DNA from: a virus
Lineage: Duplodnaviria > Caudoviricetes
Length of the DNA stretch: 59,206 nt
Virus record (IMG/VR): IMGVR_UViG_3300020281_000024
Coordinates: 1-59,206 of that record
Direction: 5' to 3' (one strand)
Below are positions 46,828 through 56,482 of the stretch, in pieces. Positions within the stretch are counted from its first letter, which is position 1. The number at the start of each line of letters is the position of its first letter. Below the pieces are notes generated by a model. That model was not told where the DNA came from, did not search any database, and was given only the letters and a program-made list of their open reading frames with translations. The position numbers were made by a program, and so were the translations under genes.

Positions 46828-47586
46828 ATGGCAAATTTAACCACAGAAAAACAAGAGATATTCGACTACGTATTCAATTCGCTGGGTGGCGGAATGGTGG
46901 ATGTAGAACTAGATCCTGCCCACTATGAGACCGCTATTAAAGACGCTTTAGACAGATTTAGACAAAGGTCTGACAATTCAGTAGAAGAAAGTTACGTGTT
47001 TTTACCTTTAGTGAAAGACCAGAATGATTACACTCTGGCTGATGAAATAATTGAAGTAAGACAAATTTTCAGAAGAAGTATTGGTTCTAGATCAGGTGGT
47101 GGAGACGGTGGTACATTATTTGAGCCGTTCAATTTAGCCTACACAAACACATACCTATTAGCAAGTTCTAATATGGGTGGAGTCGCCACTTACAATATGT
47201 TTTCACAGTTCCAAGAATTGGTTGGAAGAATGTTTGGTTCTTTCATTGAATTTAAATGGAACACAACAACTAAAAAATTAACAATATTACAAAGACCAAG
47301 ACAAGGTGAAGAAGTGTTGATGTATGTCTATATGTATAGACCAGATACAGAACTGTTCAAAGATTATTTGGCTAAAAAATGGATCAAAGACTACACTTTG
47401 GCAAAATGCAAGTATATGCTTGGTGAAGCAAGAAGCAAATTTAACACAATAGCAGGTCCACAAGGTGGTACGTCACTAAACGGTGACGCATTAAAACAAG
47501 AAGCCATTGCAGAAATGGATAGACTAGAAGCAGAAGTCAAAACTCAAACTGCTGGTGGACAAGGTTACAGTTTCCTAATCGGCTAA
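46828..47586 (+). CDS. gp13: neck protein / head-tail adaptor (T4 gp13-like)
   Basis: LGGGMVDVELDP.HY..AI..AL...WIKDYTLA.CK.MLGEARSKF..IAGPQGG..LNG. Confidence 0.8.
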   Translation: MANLTTEKQEIFDYVFNSLGGGMVDVELDPAHYETAIKDALDRFRQRSDNSVEESYVFLPLVKDQNDYTLADEIIEVRQIFRRSIGSRSGGGDGGTLFEPFNLAYTNTYLLASSNMGGVATYNMFSQFQELVGRMFGSFIEFKWNTTTKKLTILQRPRQGEEVLMYVYMYRPDTELFKDYLAKKWIKDYTLAKCKYMLGEARSKFNTIAGPQGGTSLNGDALKQEAIAEMDRLEAEVKTQTAGGQGYSFLIG

Positions 47587-47592
47587 TTCCTA

Positions 47593-47621
47593 TTGACATT
47601 ACCATAATTTTGTTGTATTAT
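47593..47621 (+). promoter_or_regulatory. sigma70-type promoter
   Basis: TTGACA (47593-47598), 17 bp, TATTAT (47616-47621); ATG 47630 follows 8 nt later. Confidence 0.7.
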
Positions 47622-47629
47622 CGTTAGAT

Positions 47630-48274
47630 ATGCAACATGAAATGATTCCGTTATTCTCCGTGCCTTTGATAAAAATGAATATTGGAGAATTGGATCAAGT
47701 GTCACGTGCATGGATACGTGGCTTAGATTATCCATCTCAAAGGACAGGAACAGATCACACAGATGACGATTTACCTATGATGAATAGAGGTATGAAAATA
47801 CTTGAAAAGCCACAAATGAAAGACCTTAGATACAAAATACAAACTGCATTAAATTACTTTGTAGATGATATTTTAGGTATAGTGCAGAATTTTCAAATCA
47901 CAACCAGTTGGGTTAATAAAACAGCAAAGTCAGAGTACATAGACAAACATTCACATCCTAACAGCATTATAAGTGGCGTATACTATGTAGACACAACAAA
48001 AGATTGTGCTCCTATAATTTTTAGTAAACCGCATATGTATCCTAATATTACATTCCAAAACATACAACTTGCCTACAGCGGTGAAAACAAAAATCAATAC
48101 AACACAGACTACTATGGATTTAATCCTCTTCCTGGTGAACTTTTAATGTTTCCGTCTTGGTTGGAACATGAAGTATTGGAACAAGGTTCAAAACAAGATA
48201 GGATCAGTCTAGCATTCAATTCATATCCTAAAGGAGATATAGGAGAAGGTACTAAACAACTTAAAATATTATGA
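47630..48274 (+). CDS. putative 2OG-Fe(II) oxygenase (TIGR02466-like)
   Basis: PLFSVP start; SWVN...KHSHPNSIISGVYY...LLMFPSWLEHEV...RISLAFN. Confidence 0.8.
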   Translation: MQHEMIPLFSVPLIKMNIGELDQVSRAWIRGLDYPSQRTGTDHTDDDLPMMNRGMKILEKPQMKDLRYKIQTALNYFVDDILGIVQNFQITTSWVNKTAKSEYIDKHSHPNSIISGVYYVDTTKDCAPIIFSKPHMYPNITFQNIQLAYSGENKNQYNTDYYGFNPLPGELLMFPSWLEHEVLEQGSKQDRISLAFNSYPKGDIGEGTKQLKIL

Positions 48275-48897
48275 TTATAGGAATTTGTGGATTGATAGGA
48301 TCTGGTAAAGACACAATAGCAGATCATCTTGTGAAAGATCATAAATTTGTTAAAATATCCTTCGCAGATAAACTGAAAGATACAGTGGCAACACTGTTTG
48401 AATGGGACAGGGATCTACTAGATGGCAAGACAGAACAAAGCAGATTGTGGCGTGAACAAGAGGACCACTTCTGGAGCAAAGAACTAAAAAAGAAAGTGAC
48501 TCCAAGATATGTGTTACAGGTGTTCGGTACAGAGTGTATGCGTGATGGATTCTATGATGGAATATGGGTCAGTATGCTAAAGAAGAAAGTTACAGAAAAT
48601 CCTGATATAAATTGGGTAATACCTGATGTTAGATTTGAAAATGAGGTTAAAGTTTTAAAAGAAATAGGTGGAGAAGTTTGGTGGGTAAAACGTGGACAAC
48701 TGCCTATGTGGTTTAGGATGTATCAGGACATAGGACAGAAGCCAAAGGATGTTCATGCATCAGAATGGCAATGGGCAAATGCTAAATTTGACAAAGTGTT
48801 TGAAAATGATTCAACTATAAATGCACTTAAAAGTCAGGTACAAGATCACCTTGTTTCCAACGGATTCCTTCAAGGTGCAGTGTTGTTTGGCAGTTAG
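48271..48897 (+). CDS. deoxynucleoside monophosphate kinase (T4 gp1-like)
   Basis: MIIGICGLIGSGKDT P-loop; SFADKLKD; TPR.VLQ.FGTE; IPDVRFENE; HASE. Confidence 0.88.
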   Translation: MIIGICGLIGSGKDTIADHLVKDHKFVKISFADKLKDTVATLFEWDRDLLDGKTEQSRLWREQEDHFWSKELKKKVTPRYVLQVFGTECMRDGFYDGIWVSMLKKKVTENPDINWVIPDVRFENEVKVLKEIGGEVWWVKRGQLPMWFRMYQDIGQKPKDVHASEWQWANAKFDKVFENDSTINALKSQVQDHLVSNGFLQGAVLFGS

Positions 48898-49168
48898 CAC
48901 ACACAGTTTTTAAATTATTAAATTTACAATTATTGAGATTAGCGTCTATATGGAACACTCTGAAACGTTCTTTGTACTCACTTTTATGCCCACATTTATC
49001 ACATTGTTGCTTAGGTCTATATCCTGCAACATACCATTTGGGCATATAACCACTAGGGCCGCCATACCGTAAACACATTTCACACAGCCTTCTGTAGTAA
49101 GTCTTGTTAGCCTTTTTATAGTTTACTGCCGCAGGTCTTTCGTTACATTTATTGCATAAAGGTCTCAT
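48827..49168 (-). CDS. Zn-ribbon / HNH-like protein
   Basis: Four CxxC pairs; VFHIDANLNN..FNNLKTVCANC HNH-like motif; TAAATA on the minus strand (49176-49181) 7 nt before ATG 49168. Confidence 0.7.
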   Translation of the reverse strand: MRPLCNKCNERPAAVNYKKANKTYYRRLCEMCLRYGGPSGYMPKWYVAGYRPKQQCDKCGHKSEYKERFRVFHIDANLNNCKFNNLKTVCANCQTTLHLEGIRWKQGDLVPDF

Positions 49169-49240
49169 ATACACGTATTTACCTGCCCTTTACCACCCCT
49201 TTTTCATACCTATTAATTTGGTGCATTTTGACATTATTAC

Positions 49241-49247
49241 ATAAATA
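49241..49247 (+). promoter_or_regulatory. T4-like late promoter (ATAAATA) for the tail sheath
   Basis: Intergenic motif upstream of SD AGGAG and ATG 49292. Confidence 0.6.
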
Positions 49248-49291
49248 CAAACAATACAAAAAGTTTTTAATAAAACTAGGAGATTTAACAA

Positions 49292-52200
49292 ATGGCAATA
49301 GTTTCACCAGGAGTACAAGTCAGCGTAATTGACGAAAGTTTTTACACACCAGCCGAACCAGGCACGGTGCCAATGATCTTTGTTGCGACAGCACAAGATA
49401 AAACATCAAGCACAGGAACAGGAATAGCATCAGGAACAACAGCGGCAAATGCCGGCAAAGTGTTCTTAATGACATCTCAAAGAGAATTAGCAGAAACATT
49501 TGGAGATCCAGTATTCAAAACAGACGCAAGTAACAATCCAATCCATGGCGGTGAAACTAATGAGTTTGGATTACAAGCGGCTTATTCATTACTAGGTGTT
49601 AGCAACAGAGCGTTCGTTGTTAGAGCAGATGTAGACCTAGGTCAACTAGAAGCAAGTGCAAATGCACCAGCGGCAAATCCAGCATCTGGAACTTATTGGT
49701 TCGACACAGCAAGTTCAAGATTTGGTATATTCCAATGGAACGGATCAGCGGCAACTGTAACAGGTGGTCAATCATTCACAAACAAAATTCCAACAGTAAT
49801 CACATCAACTACACAATTATCATCAGGACTAGGAAGTGCACCAAAAACTTCAGTTGGTTCAATTGGTGACTATGCGATTACGGCTACAGATACAAACAAT
49901 GACGTATACTACAAACAATACGACGGAAGTTGGGTTGCAGTAGGTTCAGCGGCTTGGGTTGCATCAAGTCCAACAATAGCAGGTGGTACGCCAGGTACTA
50001 TCACAGGTGGTCAAACTTTTGATATCACTATCAACAGTGCGACTACTACTATCACAGCAAGTGGTACAACAGTTACAGATATAGCAAGTGATATCACGGG
50101 TGCTGGTGTTTCGGGGTTATCAGCAAGAGCAAATGGTGGTAAATTAGATATCCATTACAACGGTTCAAACGATAACAAAGTACAAATAGCAGATAACACA
50201 ATGACTATCGCAACTGCTTTAGGAATCACAGCAGGCATTTACTATGTGCCAGCAGTAGAAGTAGCGGCACACACTTCAGTACCAGCGTTCAAATCAAGTG
50301 ACGCAAATCCAAGACCAACAGGTTCATTATGGTTCAAAACAACTGATCCGAACCTAGGTGCTAAATGGAGTGTTAAAAAATTCAACGGCACAACTAAACT
50401 TTGGGAAACTGTAAGTGCACCTATCTACGCTTCAAACGAAAGTGCATTATACAATCTAGATAGATCAGGTGGCGGAAGAAATATTGCAGTTGGAGACCTT
50501 TATGTAAATTCAGGTAACGGAACAACTGAAATAGATTTCATTATACAAAGAAGAGAAAATGCAGGTAACACAACAATCACATCATCAGCGGTTGCAACAG
50601 GTCAAGGTGCTGGTAGCAAATCATTTACGATTGCAGAATCAATTGTAGGTCAAGAAGCATTAAACAGTGGAATCACTGTTACTGTTACAACAAACAATAA
50701 TGCCGCAGATGCTGACGTTATTGCAGGTGGTATCAACGGTGCAGGATTTACAAACATTGTGGCAAGTGTTGATTCACAAAACAGAGTTGTAATAGAACAC
50801 AATGATGGTGGTGAATTTAAAATTACTGATACAAACGGTTTAATTGAAGCAATTGGTTTAACAAACACTTCAACAAATTTAGGATTTGAACCAGGAACAA
50901 CTGCCGCAACAAATCCAAAACAATTCAGAGCAAGTAACTGGAAAGTGTTAAGTTATACTGCAAGTGCAAACGCAGTAACTTCATTGACTACAAACGGACA
51001 ATTATGGTACAGTTCGGTTGTTGACGAAGTTGACATCATGGTACACAACGGTACGACATGGAACGGTTACACTAACGTTTATGCAAATACAGATCCAGCA
51101 GGTCCACAAGTTTCCGCAACTGCGCCAACTACACAATCAGATGGAACAGCACTTGTTGAAAATGACCTATGGATAAGCACAGCAAATTTAGAAGAATATG
51201 CAGACATCTACAGATGGAATGCAAACAGTCTAAAATGGGAAGAAGTAGACAATTCAGATCAAACAACAGAAAACGGAATATTGTTTGCTGATGCAAGATT
51301 TGGAACTTCAGGTGGAACTTCAACAGTTGCTCCATCAGGCACTATTGCAGAATTATTATCAAGTGACTTCTTAGATCCAGATGCTCCAGATCCAGCATTA
51401 TATCCAAAAGGAATGTTGTTATGGAACTTAAGACGTTCAGGTTTCAACGTTAAAAAATTTGTAAGAAACAGCATTGACACAACAGCAACTAACCTAAGAC
51501 AAGGTGGTGCAAGTATGTCTGCTTACTATCCACACAGATGGGTAACTGAATCTGCTAACCAGGCAGACGGTGCAGGTTCTTTCGGAAGAAAAGCACAAAG
51601 AAAAGTTGTTGTACAAGGCTTACAAGCATTGGTTAACAGCAACCAAGACATCAGAGACGATGAATCAAGAATATTCAACGTAATGGCAACTCCAGGTTAT
51701 CCAGAGTTGATCGGTGAAATGGTTTCGTTAAACAGCGACAGAGGATTATCAGCGTTCATTATTGGTGACTCACCAATGAGATTGACACCTGATGCAACTT
51801 CTTTAGCCAACTGGGCAACCAACGTAAACCAAGCAGTTGAAGACAACGACAACGGTTTAGTTACAACTAACTCATACTTAGGTGTGTTTTATCCATCAGG
51901 ATTAACAAGTGACAACTTTGGAAACAACATTGTTGTACCAGCATCACACATGATGTTAAGAACTATTGCATTAAGCGATCAAGTTTCTTTCCCATGGTTT
52001 GCTCCAGCAGGAACAAGAAGAGGTGGTATTACAAATGCAAGTTCAACAGGTTACATCAACGCAGAAGGTGAATTTGTTTCAACAGCATTGAACGAAGGTC
52101 AAAGAGACACTTTATACACAAACAAAGTTAACCCAATTACGTTTATTACAGGTGCAGGTTTAGTCAACTACGGACAAAAGACTAGATTTGCTGGTACAAG

Positions 52201-52525
52201 TTCTTTAGATAGAATTAACGTATCAAGATTAGTAATTTACCTAAGAAGTCAATTGAACAAACTTGCAAGACCATTTGTGTTTGAGCCAAATGATAAAATC
52301 ACAAGAGATGAAATCAAGGCACAAGCAGAAAGTTTATTATTAGAACTTGTAGGTAACAGAGCAATTTTTGACTTCCTAGTAGTGTGTGACGAATCAAACA
52401 ACACACCTACAAGAATAGACAGAAACGAGTTGTACTTAGATATTGCTATTGAACCAGTCAAAGCAGTTGAGTTCATCTACATACCGTTAAGATTGAAAAA
52501 TACTGGCGAAATAGCAGGATTATAA
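49292..52525 (+). CDS. gp18: contractile tail sheath protein (T4 gp18-like), enlarged
   Basis: SPGVQVSVIDESFY start; PWFAPAGTRRG; RDTLY..KVNPI; DRINV.RL; FEPND..TR; IDRNEL..DIAIEPVKAVEFIYIPLR. Confidence 0.95.
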   Translation: MAIVSPGVQVSVIDESFYTPAEPGTVPMIFVATAQDKTSSTGTGIASGTTAANAGKVFLMTSQRELAETFGDPVFKTDASNNPIHGGETNEFGLQAAYSLLGVSNRAFVVRADVDLGQLEASANAPAANPASGTYWFDTASSRFGIFQWNGSAATVTGGQSFTNKIPTVITSTTQLSSGLGSAPKTSVGSIGDYAITATDTNNDVYYKQYDGSWVAVGSAAWVASSPTIAGGTPGTITGGQTFDITINSATTTITASGTTVTDIASDITGAGVSGLSARANGGKLDIHYNGSNDNKVQIADNTMTIATALGITAGIYYVPAVEVAAHTSVPAFKSSDANPRPTGSLWFKTTDPNLGAKWSVKKFNGTTKLWETVSAPIYASNESALYNLDRSGGGRNIAVGDLYVNSGNGTTEIDFIIQRRENAGNTTITSSAVATGQGAGSKSFTIAESIVGQEALNSGITVTVTTNNNAADADVIAGGINGAGFTNIVASVDSQNRVVIEHNDGGEFKITDTNGLIEAIGLTNTSTNLGFEPGTTAATNPKQFRASNWKVLSYTASANAVTSLTTNGQLWYSSVVDEVDIMVHNGTTWNGYTNVYANTDPAGPQVSATAPTTQSDGTALVENDLWISTANLEEYADIYRWNANSLKWEEVDNSDQTTENGILFADARFGTSGGTSTVAPSGTIAELLSSDFLDPDAPDPALYPKGMLLWNLRRSGFNVKKFVRNSIDTTATNLRQGGASMSAYYPHRWVTESANQADGAGSFGRKAQRKVVVQGLQALVNSNQDIRDDESRIFNVMATPGYPELIGEMVSLNSDRGLSAFIIGDSPMRLTPDATSLANWATNVNQAVEDNDNGLVTTNSYLGVFYPSGLTSDNFGNNIVVPASHMMLRTIALSDQVSFPWFAPAGTRRGGITNASSTGYINAEGEFVSTALNEGQRDTLYTNKVNPITFITGAGLVNYGQKTRFAGTSSLDRINVSRLVIYLRSQLNKLARPFVFEPNDKITRDEIKAQAESLLLELVGNRAIFDFLVVCDESNNTPTRIDRNELYLDIAIEPVKAVEFIYIPLRLKNTGEIAGL

Positions 52526-52551
52526 TAAGATAAATATTATAGGAGAAACAA

Positions 52552-53178
52552 ATGAGTATATCTACACTATCAAAACTTACAGTTCCATTGAATAGTAGCC
52601 AAAGTGCTTCTAATCAAGGTCTGTTAATGCCTAAATTACAATATCGTTTTAGAGTAAGTTTAGAAAACTTTGGTGTATCAACACCTACAACTGAGTTAAC
52701 AAAACAAGTAGTAGATATCACAAGACCTAATTTATCATTTGAAACAACAACTATCGATGTATACAACTCTAAGGTATATCTTGCTGGTAAACACACATGG
52801 GAAGCAGTAACATTGACTTTAAGAGAAGATGTATCTAACAACGTACAAAAATTAGTTGGTGAACAATTACAGAAACAATTCGATTTCTTTGAACAAAGTG
52901 CGGCGGCATCAGGTTCAGACTACAAATTTGTTACTAGAATAGAAATAACAGATGGTGCTAACGGTGCCAATGTTGTAAACGTTTTAGAAACATTTGAATT
53001 GTATGGTTGCTACGTAGAGTCAGCAAACTACAATCAGTTAGCATACGGTACTAGCGATCCAGTTACTGTAACGCTATCATTGAGATATGACAACGCAATC
53101 CAAACTCCACAAGGTACAGGAGTAGGAACAGCAGTAGGTAGAACAACAAACACTCTAATTACAGGCGGCGGTGCATAA
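52552..53178 (+). CDS. gp19: tail tube protein (T4 gp19-like)
   Basis: Directly after the sheath; PKLQYRFRV...RPNLSFE...YLAGKHTW..VTLTLRED...LYGC...LRYDNA; ATAAATA at 52530-52536. Confidence 0.85.
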   Translation: MSISTLSKLTVPLNSSQSASNQGLLMPKLQYRFRVSLENFGVSTPTTELTKQVVDITRPNLSFETTTIDVYNSKVYLAGKHTWEAVTLTLREDVSNNVQKLVGEQLQKQFDFFEQSAAASGSDYKFVTRIEITDGANGANVVNVLETFELYGCYVESANYNQLAYGTSDPVTVTLSLRYDNAIQTPQGTGVGTAVGRTTNTLITGGGA

Positions 53179-53201
53179 TTTTCATTCGCATTTATAAATT
53201 T

Positions 53202-53226
53202 AAAAGGGGGCTACGGCCCCTTTTTT
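53202..53226 (+). terminator. rho-independent terminator
   Basis: AAAAG-GGGGC-TACG-GCCCC-TTTTTT: GC stem with a C(UACG)G tetraloop and U-tract, after the tail tube gene. Confidence 0.85.
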
Positions 53227-53267
53227 ATTCTGTGACCCACCATTTTTACATAACATAAATACTGTAT

Positions 53268-54386
53268 ATGGCAAATTTATTAAAAGGTTTTTTAGATAAC
53301 GTACTTAAAGGTGCATTAAATCCAAAAGGTAATCTGGCTGATTTCGCCCATGCATCTAGACTATATGTGGATGACAGTTTTAGACTGGCACCCAAGCAAA
53401 AATTTTTATATCACGTTGTGTTTAACTTGAATACAGGTGCACAAATTTCAGATCCACCTTTAGCAAATCATCAACGCGAACTTAATATGCTGGTTAAGAA
53501 CGTAGACTTGCCAAAGTACACCATCGACATGGCAACGGTGCAACAATACAACAAGAAAAGAAAATTACAAACACGTATTGCTTATGACCCTGTGACTATT
53601 GTGTTTCATGATGACAACTACGGAGTCACAAGTGCTTTATGGGAAACTTATTACAGATATTATTTCCAAGATGGTAGATACGGAAAAGTAAACGCTGTGG
53701 GAGATCCTGAAACTACATATCCTGAATTTGCGAGAGAAAGAATTTTTTCAGGAGAAAAATATCCAAGGTTTGGATTAGACGCGGACATTAAAAAACCTTT
53801 CTTCACTAGCATACAAATATATCAAATGGCAAGAAAAACTTACACTTGTTACACACTTGTAAATCCACTCATACAACAATGGCAACACGATACACTTAAC
53901 AATCAGGAAAGTGGTCCTATGGCTAACCAGATGGTTATAGAATATGAAACTGTTTTTTATTCAAGAGGACGTGTTATGCAGAACGGTGCGCCTGCTGGAT
54001 TTGGAAAAGAACATTATGACAGAACTCCATCACCTAATTCATTATCCGGTGGTGGTTCAACAAGTTTATTAGGCACTGGTGGAGTGCTTACAGATTTATT
54101 TGGCGCAAACGATGGTCCTTACACTTATATAGGAAGTGCTATCGGAGGTTCAAGAGGTGGAATCACTTTAGGTTCATTAATTAGAACAGCAAACAGATTA
54201 AAGAATGCAAAAAAACTTAACAAAGAAGGATTGGCGCAAGAAGGTTTTAATATTCTCACAGGTGCTATAGGTAGAATAGGTGGCACGGCGGATTCCGCAT
54301 ATGGTATACCTAACACTTACATAGGAAGAACAACAAGTAATATTAAAAATTTCTTTACTATTGCTAAACAGAAAACTAGATTATAA
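53268..54386 (+). CDS. tail-tube-fold baseplate protein (gp54/gp48-like)
   Basis: LVKNVDLPKYTI....QYNKKR..QT.I.YDPVTIVFHDD...LVNP.I..W.HD...I.YETV tube-like fold with a Gly-rich tail; ATAAATA at 53255-53261. Confidence 0.6.
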   Translation: MANLLKGFLDNVLKGALNPKGNLADFAHASRLYVDDSFRLAPKQKFLYHVVFNLNTGAQISDPPLANHQRELNMLVKNVDLPKYTIDMATVQQYNKKRKLQTRIAYDPVTIVFHDDNYGVTSALWETYYRYYFQDGRYGKVNAVGDPETTYPEFARERIFSGEKYPRFGLDADIKKPFFTSIQIYQMARKTYTCYTLVNPLIQQWQHDTLNNQESGPMANQMVIEYETVFYSRGRVMQNGAPAGFGKEHYDRTPSPNSLSGGGSTSLLGTGGVLTDLFGANDGPYTYIGSAIGGSRGGITLGSLIRTANRLKNAKKLNKEGLAQEGFNILTGAIGRIGGTADSAYGIPNTYIGRTTSNIKNFFTIAKQKTRL

Positions 54387-54748
54387 TGTCAAACTTACCT
54401 AAAACAAAAAACGATAGTCAACAACCAGTAAGAGAGTTCTTCGACAATTACTTCAACGAAAATTTAACTTTCCCAGGAGCAGAAGTAGATGCAGTTGTAG
54501 GATATTTCGAATCAAGGGGATTTGATAGAACATCAAGTATAAGCACAGCATCAGTAATACTTAAACAAGCAAAAATAGATAATGTTAATGTGTTTGAATT
54601 ACTAGATACATTAAAAGGTTTAGACGGAACACAATTAAGTTACATCGTGACAGAAGTTTTAAATAACAACAGAGTCAACACATCATCTCTAGGATACAAA
54701 GTAGAATCACCTTCGGACTTATCAGAAAAACGTAACATAGTGGTTTAG
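54386..54748 (+). CDS. hypothetical protein
   Basis: TAATG-coupled ORF with normal codon usage. Confidence 0.6.
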   Translation: MSNLPKTKNDSQQPVREFFDNYFNENLTFPGAEVDAVVGYFESRGFDRTSSISTASVILKQAKIDNVNVFELLDTLKGLDGTQLSYIVTEVLNNNRVNTSSLGYKVESPSDLSEKRNIVV

Positions 54749-54752
54749 TACA

Positions 54753-55181
54753 ATGGCAAAGTTTGCTCAGGGAAGATACAATATGAAAAATCCTGACAAG
54801 TACATTGGCGGCAAAACACCTTTGTACAGAAGCAGTTGGGAATTTGCTTTTATGAGATTCTGTGATGAAAGTCCAAGCATACAAAAGTGGGCAAGTGAAT
54901 CTATTCGTATTCCATACAGACATCCTTTCACTGGTAAATTTACAATTTACGTTCCAGACTTTTTCATAGCATACGCAGATAAGAATGGAAAACAACACGC
55001 AGAGGTAATTGAAATTAAACCAGAAAATCAAACATTGTTAGAAAAAGCAAAATCAAAACAAAATCAAGGTCAACTTATCGTGAACAGAGCAAAATGGAAA
55101 AATGCACAACTATGGTGTAAGAATAAAGGCTTTAGATTTAGAATAATTAATGAAAAAGATATTTTCCATGGTGCAAGATGA
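54753..55181 (+). CDS. gp4: head completion nuclease (T4 gp4 / TnsA-like)
   Basis: NPDKYIG...YRSSWE..FM.FCD.SPSI..WASE.I.IPY...YVPDF...IEIKP..Q...NRAKW..A..WC. Confidence 0.88.
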   Translation: MAKFAQGRYNMKNPDKYIGGKTPLYRSSWEFAFMRFCDESPSIQKWASESIRIPYRHPFTGKFTIYVPDFFIAYADKNGKQHAEVIEIKPENQTLLEKAKSKQNQGQLIVNRAKWKNAQLWCKNKGFRFRIINEKDIFHGAR

Positions 55182-55720
55182 GTGCTTTAAAAATTAGACA
55201 ATGGGCCTGGCCTTATATTAAAAATTTCCGAACATACATAGACGTTGGTGCATTAGATGGCGATACATCTGCACCTTTTATAAAAAACTTTAAAAAAGTT
55301 ATTGCTTTCGAACCAAACCCTGAACAATATAAATTAATACCCGAAGGAATAGAAAAATATAATGTTGGACTAGGTGATAAAACAGAAAAGAGAATCTTGA
55401 AATTGCCTGATAATGGTTTAAATTTAGCCGCACATGGTAGTCTAGTAAAATATAGCACTGGTATAAAACAATTTGATGTGCAATTAGAAAGACTAGATGA
55501 TTACAGTTTCACAGACGTTGATTTTGTAAAAATTGATGTAGAGCATTTTGAATTGCAAGTATGCAAAGGTGCAGAAATCACCTTGAAAAAATATATGCCT
55601 ACTATCATGTTTGAAAATAAACGTAATGAAGCACTTGACTGCAAGGAATACCTCGAGACACTGGGTTATTCAACCAAGGTTTATAAGTCTGACACAGTGG
55701 CATTCACCCCAAATAGATAA
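55178..55720 (+). CDS. FkbM-family SAM-dependent methyltransferase
   Basis: IDVGALDG, VIAFEPN, RLDDY...VDFVKIDVEHFELQV.KGA..TL....P.I.FE. Confidence 0.85.
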   Translation: MSALKIRQWAWPYIKNFRTYIDVGALDGDTSAPFIKNFKKVIAFEPNPEQYKLIPEGIEKYNVGLGDKTEKRILKLPDNGLNLAAHGSLVKYSTGIKQFDVQLERLDDYSFTDVDFVKIDVEHFELQVCKGAEITLKKYMPTIMFENKRNEALDCKEYLETLGYSTKVYKSDTVAFTPNR

Positions 55721-55731
55721 ATACGTACATA

Positions 55732-56175
55732 ATGAAAAGACTAGATTTAAGCGACCAAACGGCAATTAGTATGCCAATGAAGAATCTGATAGCCATTGTA
55801 TCAGCAGTGGCAGTTGGTGTATGGGCATACTTTGGTGTTATCGAAAGACTGAATAAATTGGAGACACAATCAGTACTTTTGGAGAAAGATATGAGTGCAG
55901 AGGATGAAAGATTGCACAATGAAGTTACTAAAAATACAGATTTTAGAATTAGATATCCAAGAGGGGAATTAGGTCAAAGTTCACAAGATATTGAACAATT
56001 CATGTTGATCGAAGATTTATACAAGAGTGTTGATAGAATGCAGAAACATCTTGATGACATGGCTAACAATAAAGTCAACATAGAGTTTCTTAAAGAGCAA
56101 ATGGAAAAAGCACAAAATTCTATCGAAAAACTTAAAGACGCTGATAGAGAAATAGTATACAAAAACGGAAACTAA
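55732..56175 (+). CDS. single-pass membrane protein with coiled coil
   Basis: Hydrophobic LIAIVSAVAVGVWAYFGVI followed by a heptad-rich region; ATAAATA at 55717-55723. Confidence 0.65.
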   Translation: MKRLDLSDQTAISMPMKNLIAIVSAVAVGVWAYFGVIERLNKLETQSVLLEKDMSAEDERLHNEVTKNTDFRIRYPRGELGQSSQDIEQFMLIEDLYKSVDRMQKHLDDMANNKVNIEFLKEQMEKAQNSIEKLKDADREIVYKNGN

Positions 56176-56176
56176 T

Positions 56177-56386
56177 ATGATAGAACAAGTTGTAGCCTTA
56201 TTGATGTTCGTAAATGGTGAAATAAAAGAACATCGGATTCAAGAAAATATGGCAGGATGCCTAAGAGGCAAACGTCATGCAGAAAGAAATTACAGTCCGA
56301 GTGTAAAGTATCAATGTTGGAAAGGCAAAGCCGAGACTGAGATTTACATGGGTGAAAAATCAATCAAAGCAATCATATTAGAATAA
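56177..56386 (+). CDS. small hypothetical protein (hydrophobic N-terminus, two Cys)
   Basis: MIEQVVALLMFVNG...CLRGKR.AER...YQC. Confidence 0.6.
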   Translation: MIEQVVALLMFVNGEIKEHRIQENMAGCLRGKRHAERNYSPSVKYQCWKGKAETEIYMGEKSIKAIILE

Positions 56387-56454
56387 TGGATAGATTAGTA
56401 TTTTGGTTAGTGGTTTTTGGTATAGCAGTCTATCTTGGCATATACGTTTGGTAG
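56386..56454 (+). CDS. 22-aa hydrophobic micro-protein (not in the ORF track)
   Basis: TAATG overlap with the upstream stop; MDRLVFWLVVFGIAVYLGIYVW; fills the gap up to the next late promoter at 56461. Confidence 0.5.
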   Translation: MDRLVFWLVVFGIAVYLGIYVW

Positions 56455-56482
56455 TCACCAATAAATATTTTCAGCAATAGTT

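Noticed and set aside
46772-46834. ORF-track N-terminal extension of gp14, and similarly the starts at 41514, 49174 and 57508
   Set aside because: They run through promoter motifs or neighbouring genes; downstream ATGs (46771, 41496, 49168, 57604) fit promoter spacing or TAATG coupling better.
54753-55181. TnsA-like nuclease as evidence of a Tn7-like transposon
   Set aside because: It matches the T4 gp4 head-completion family in a normal morphogenesis context, with no transposase partners or terminal repeats.
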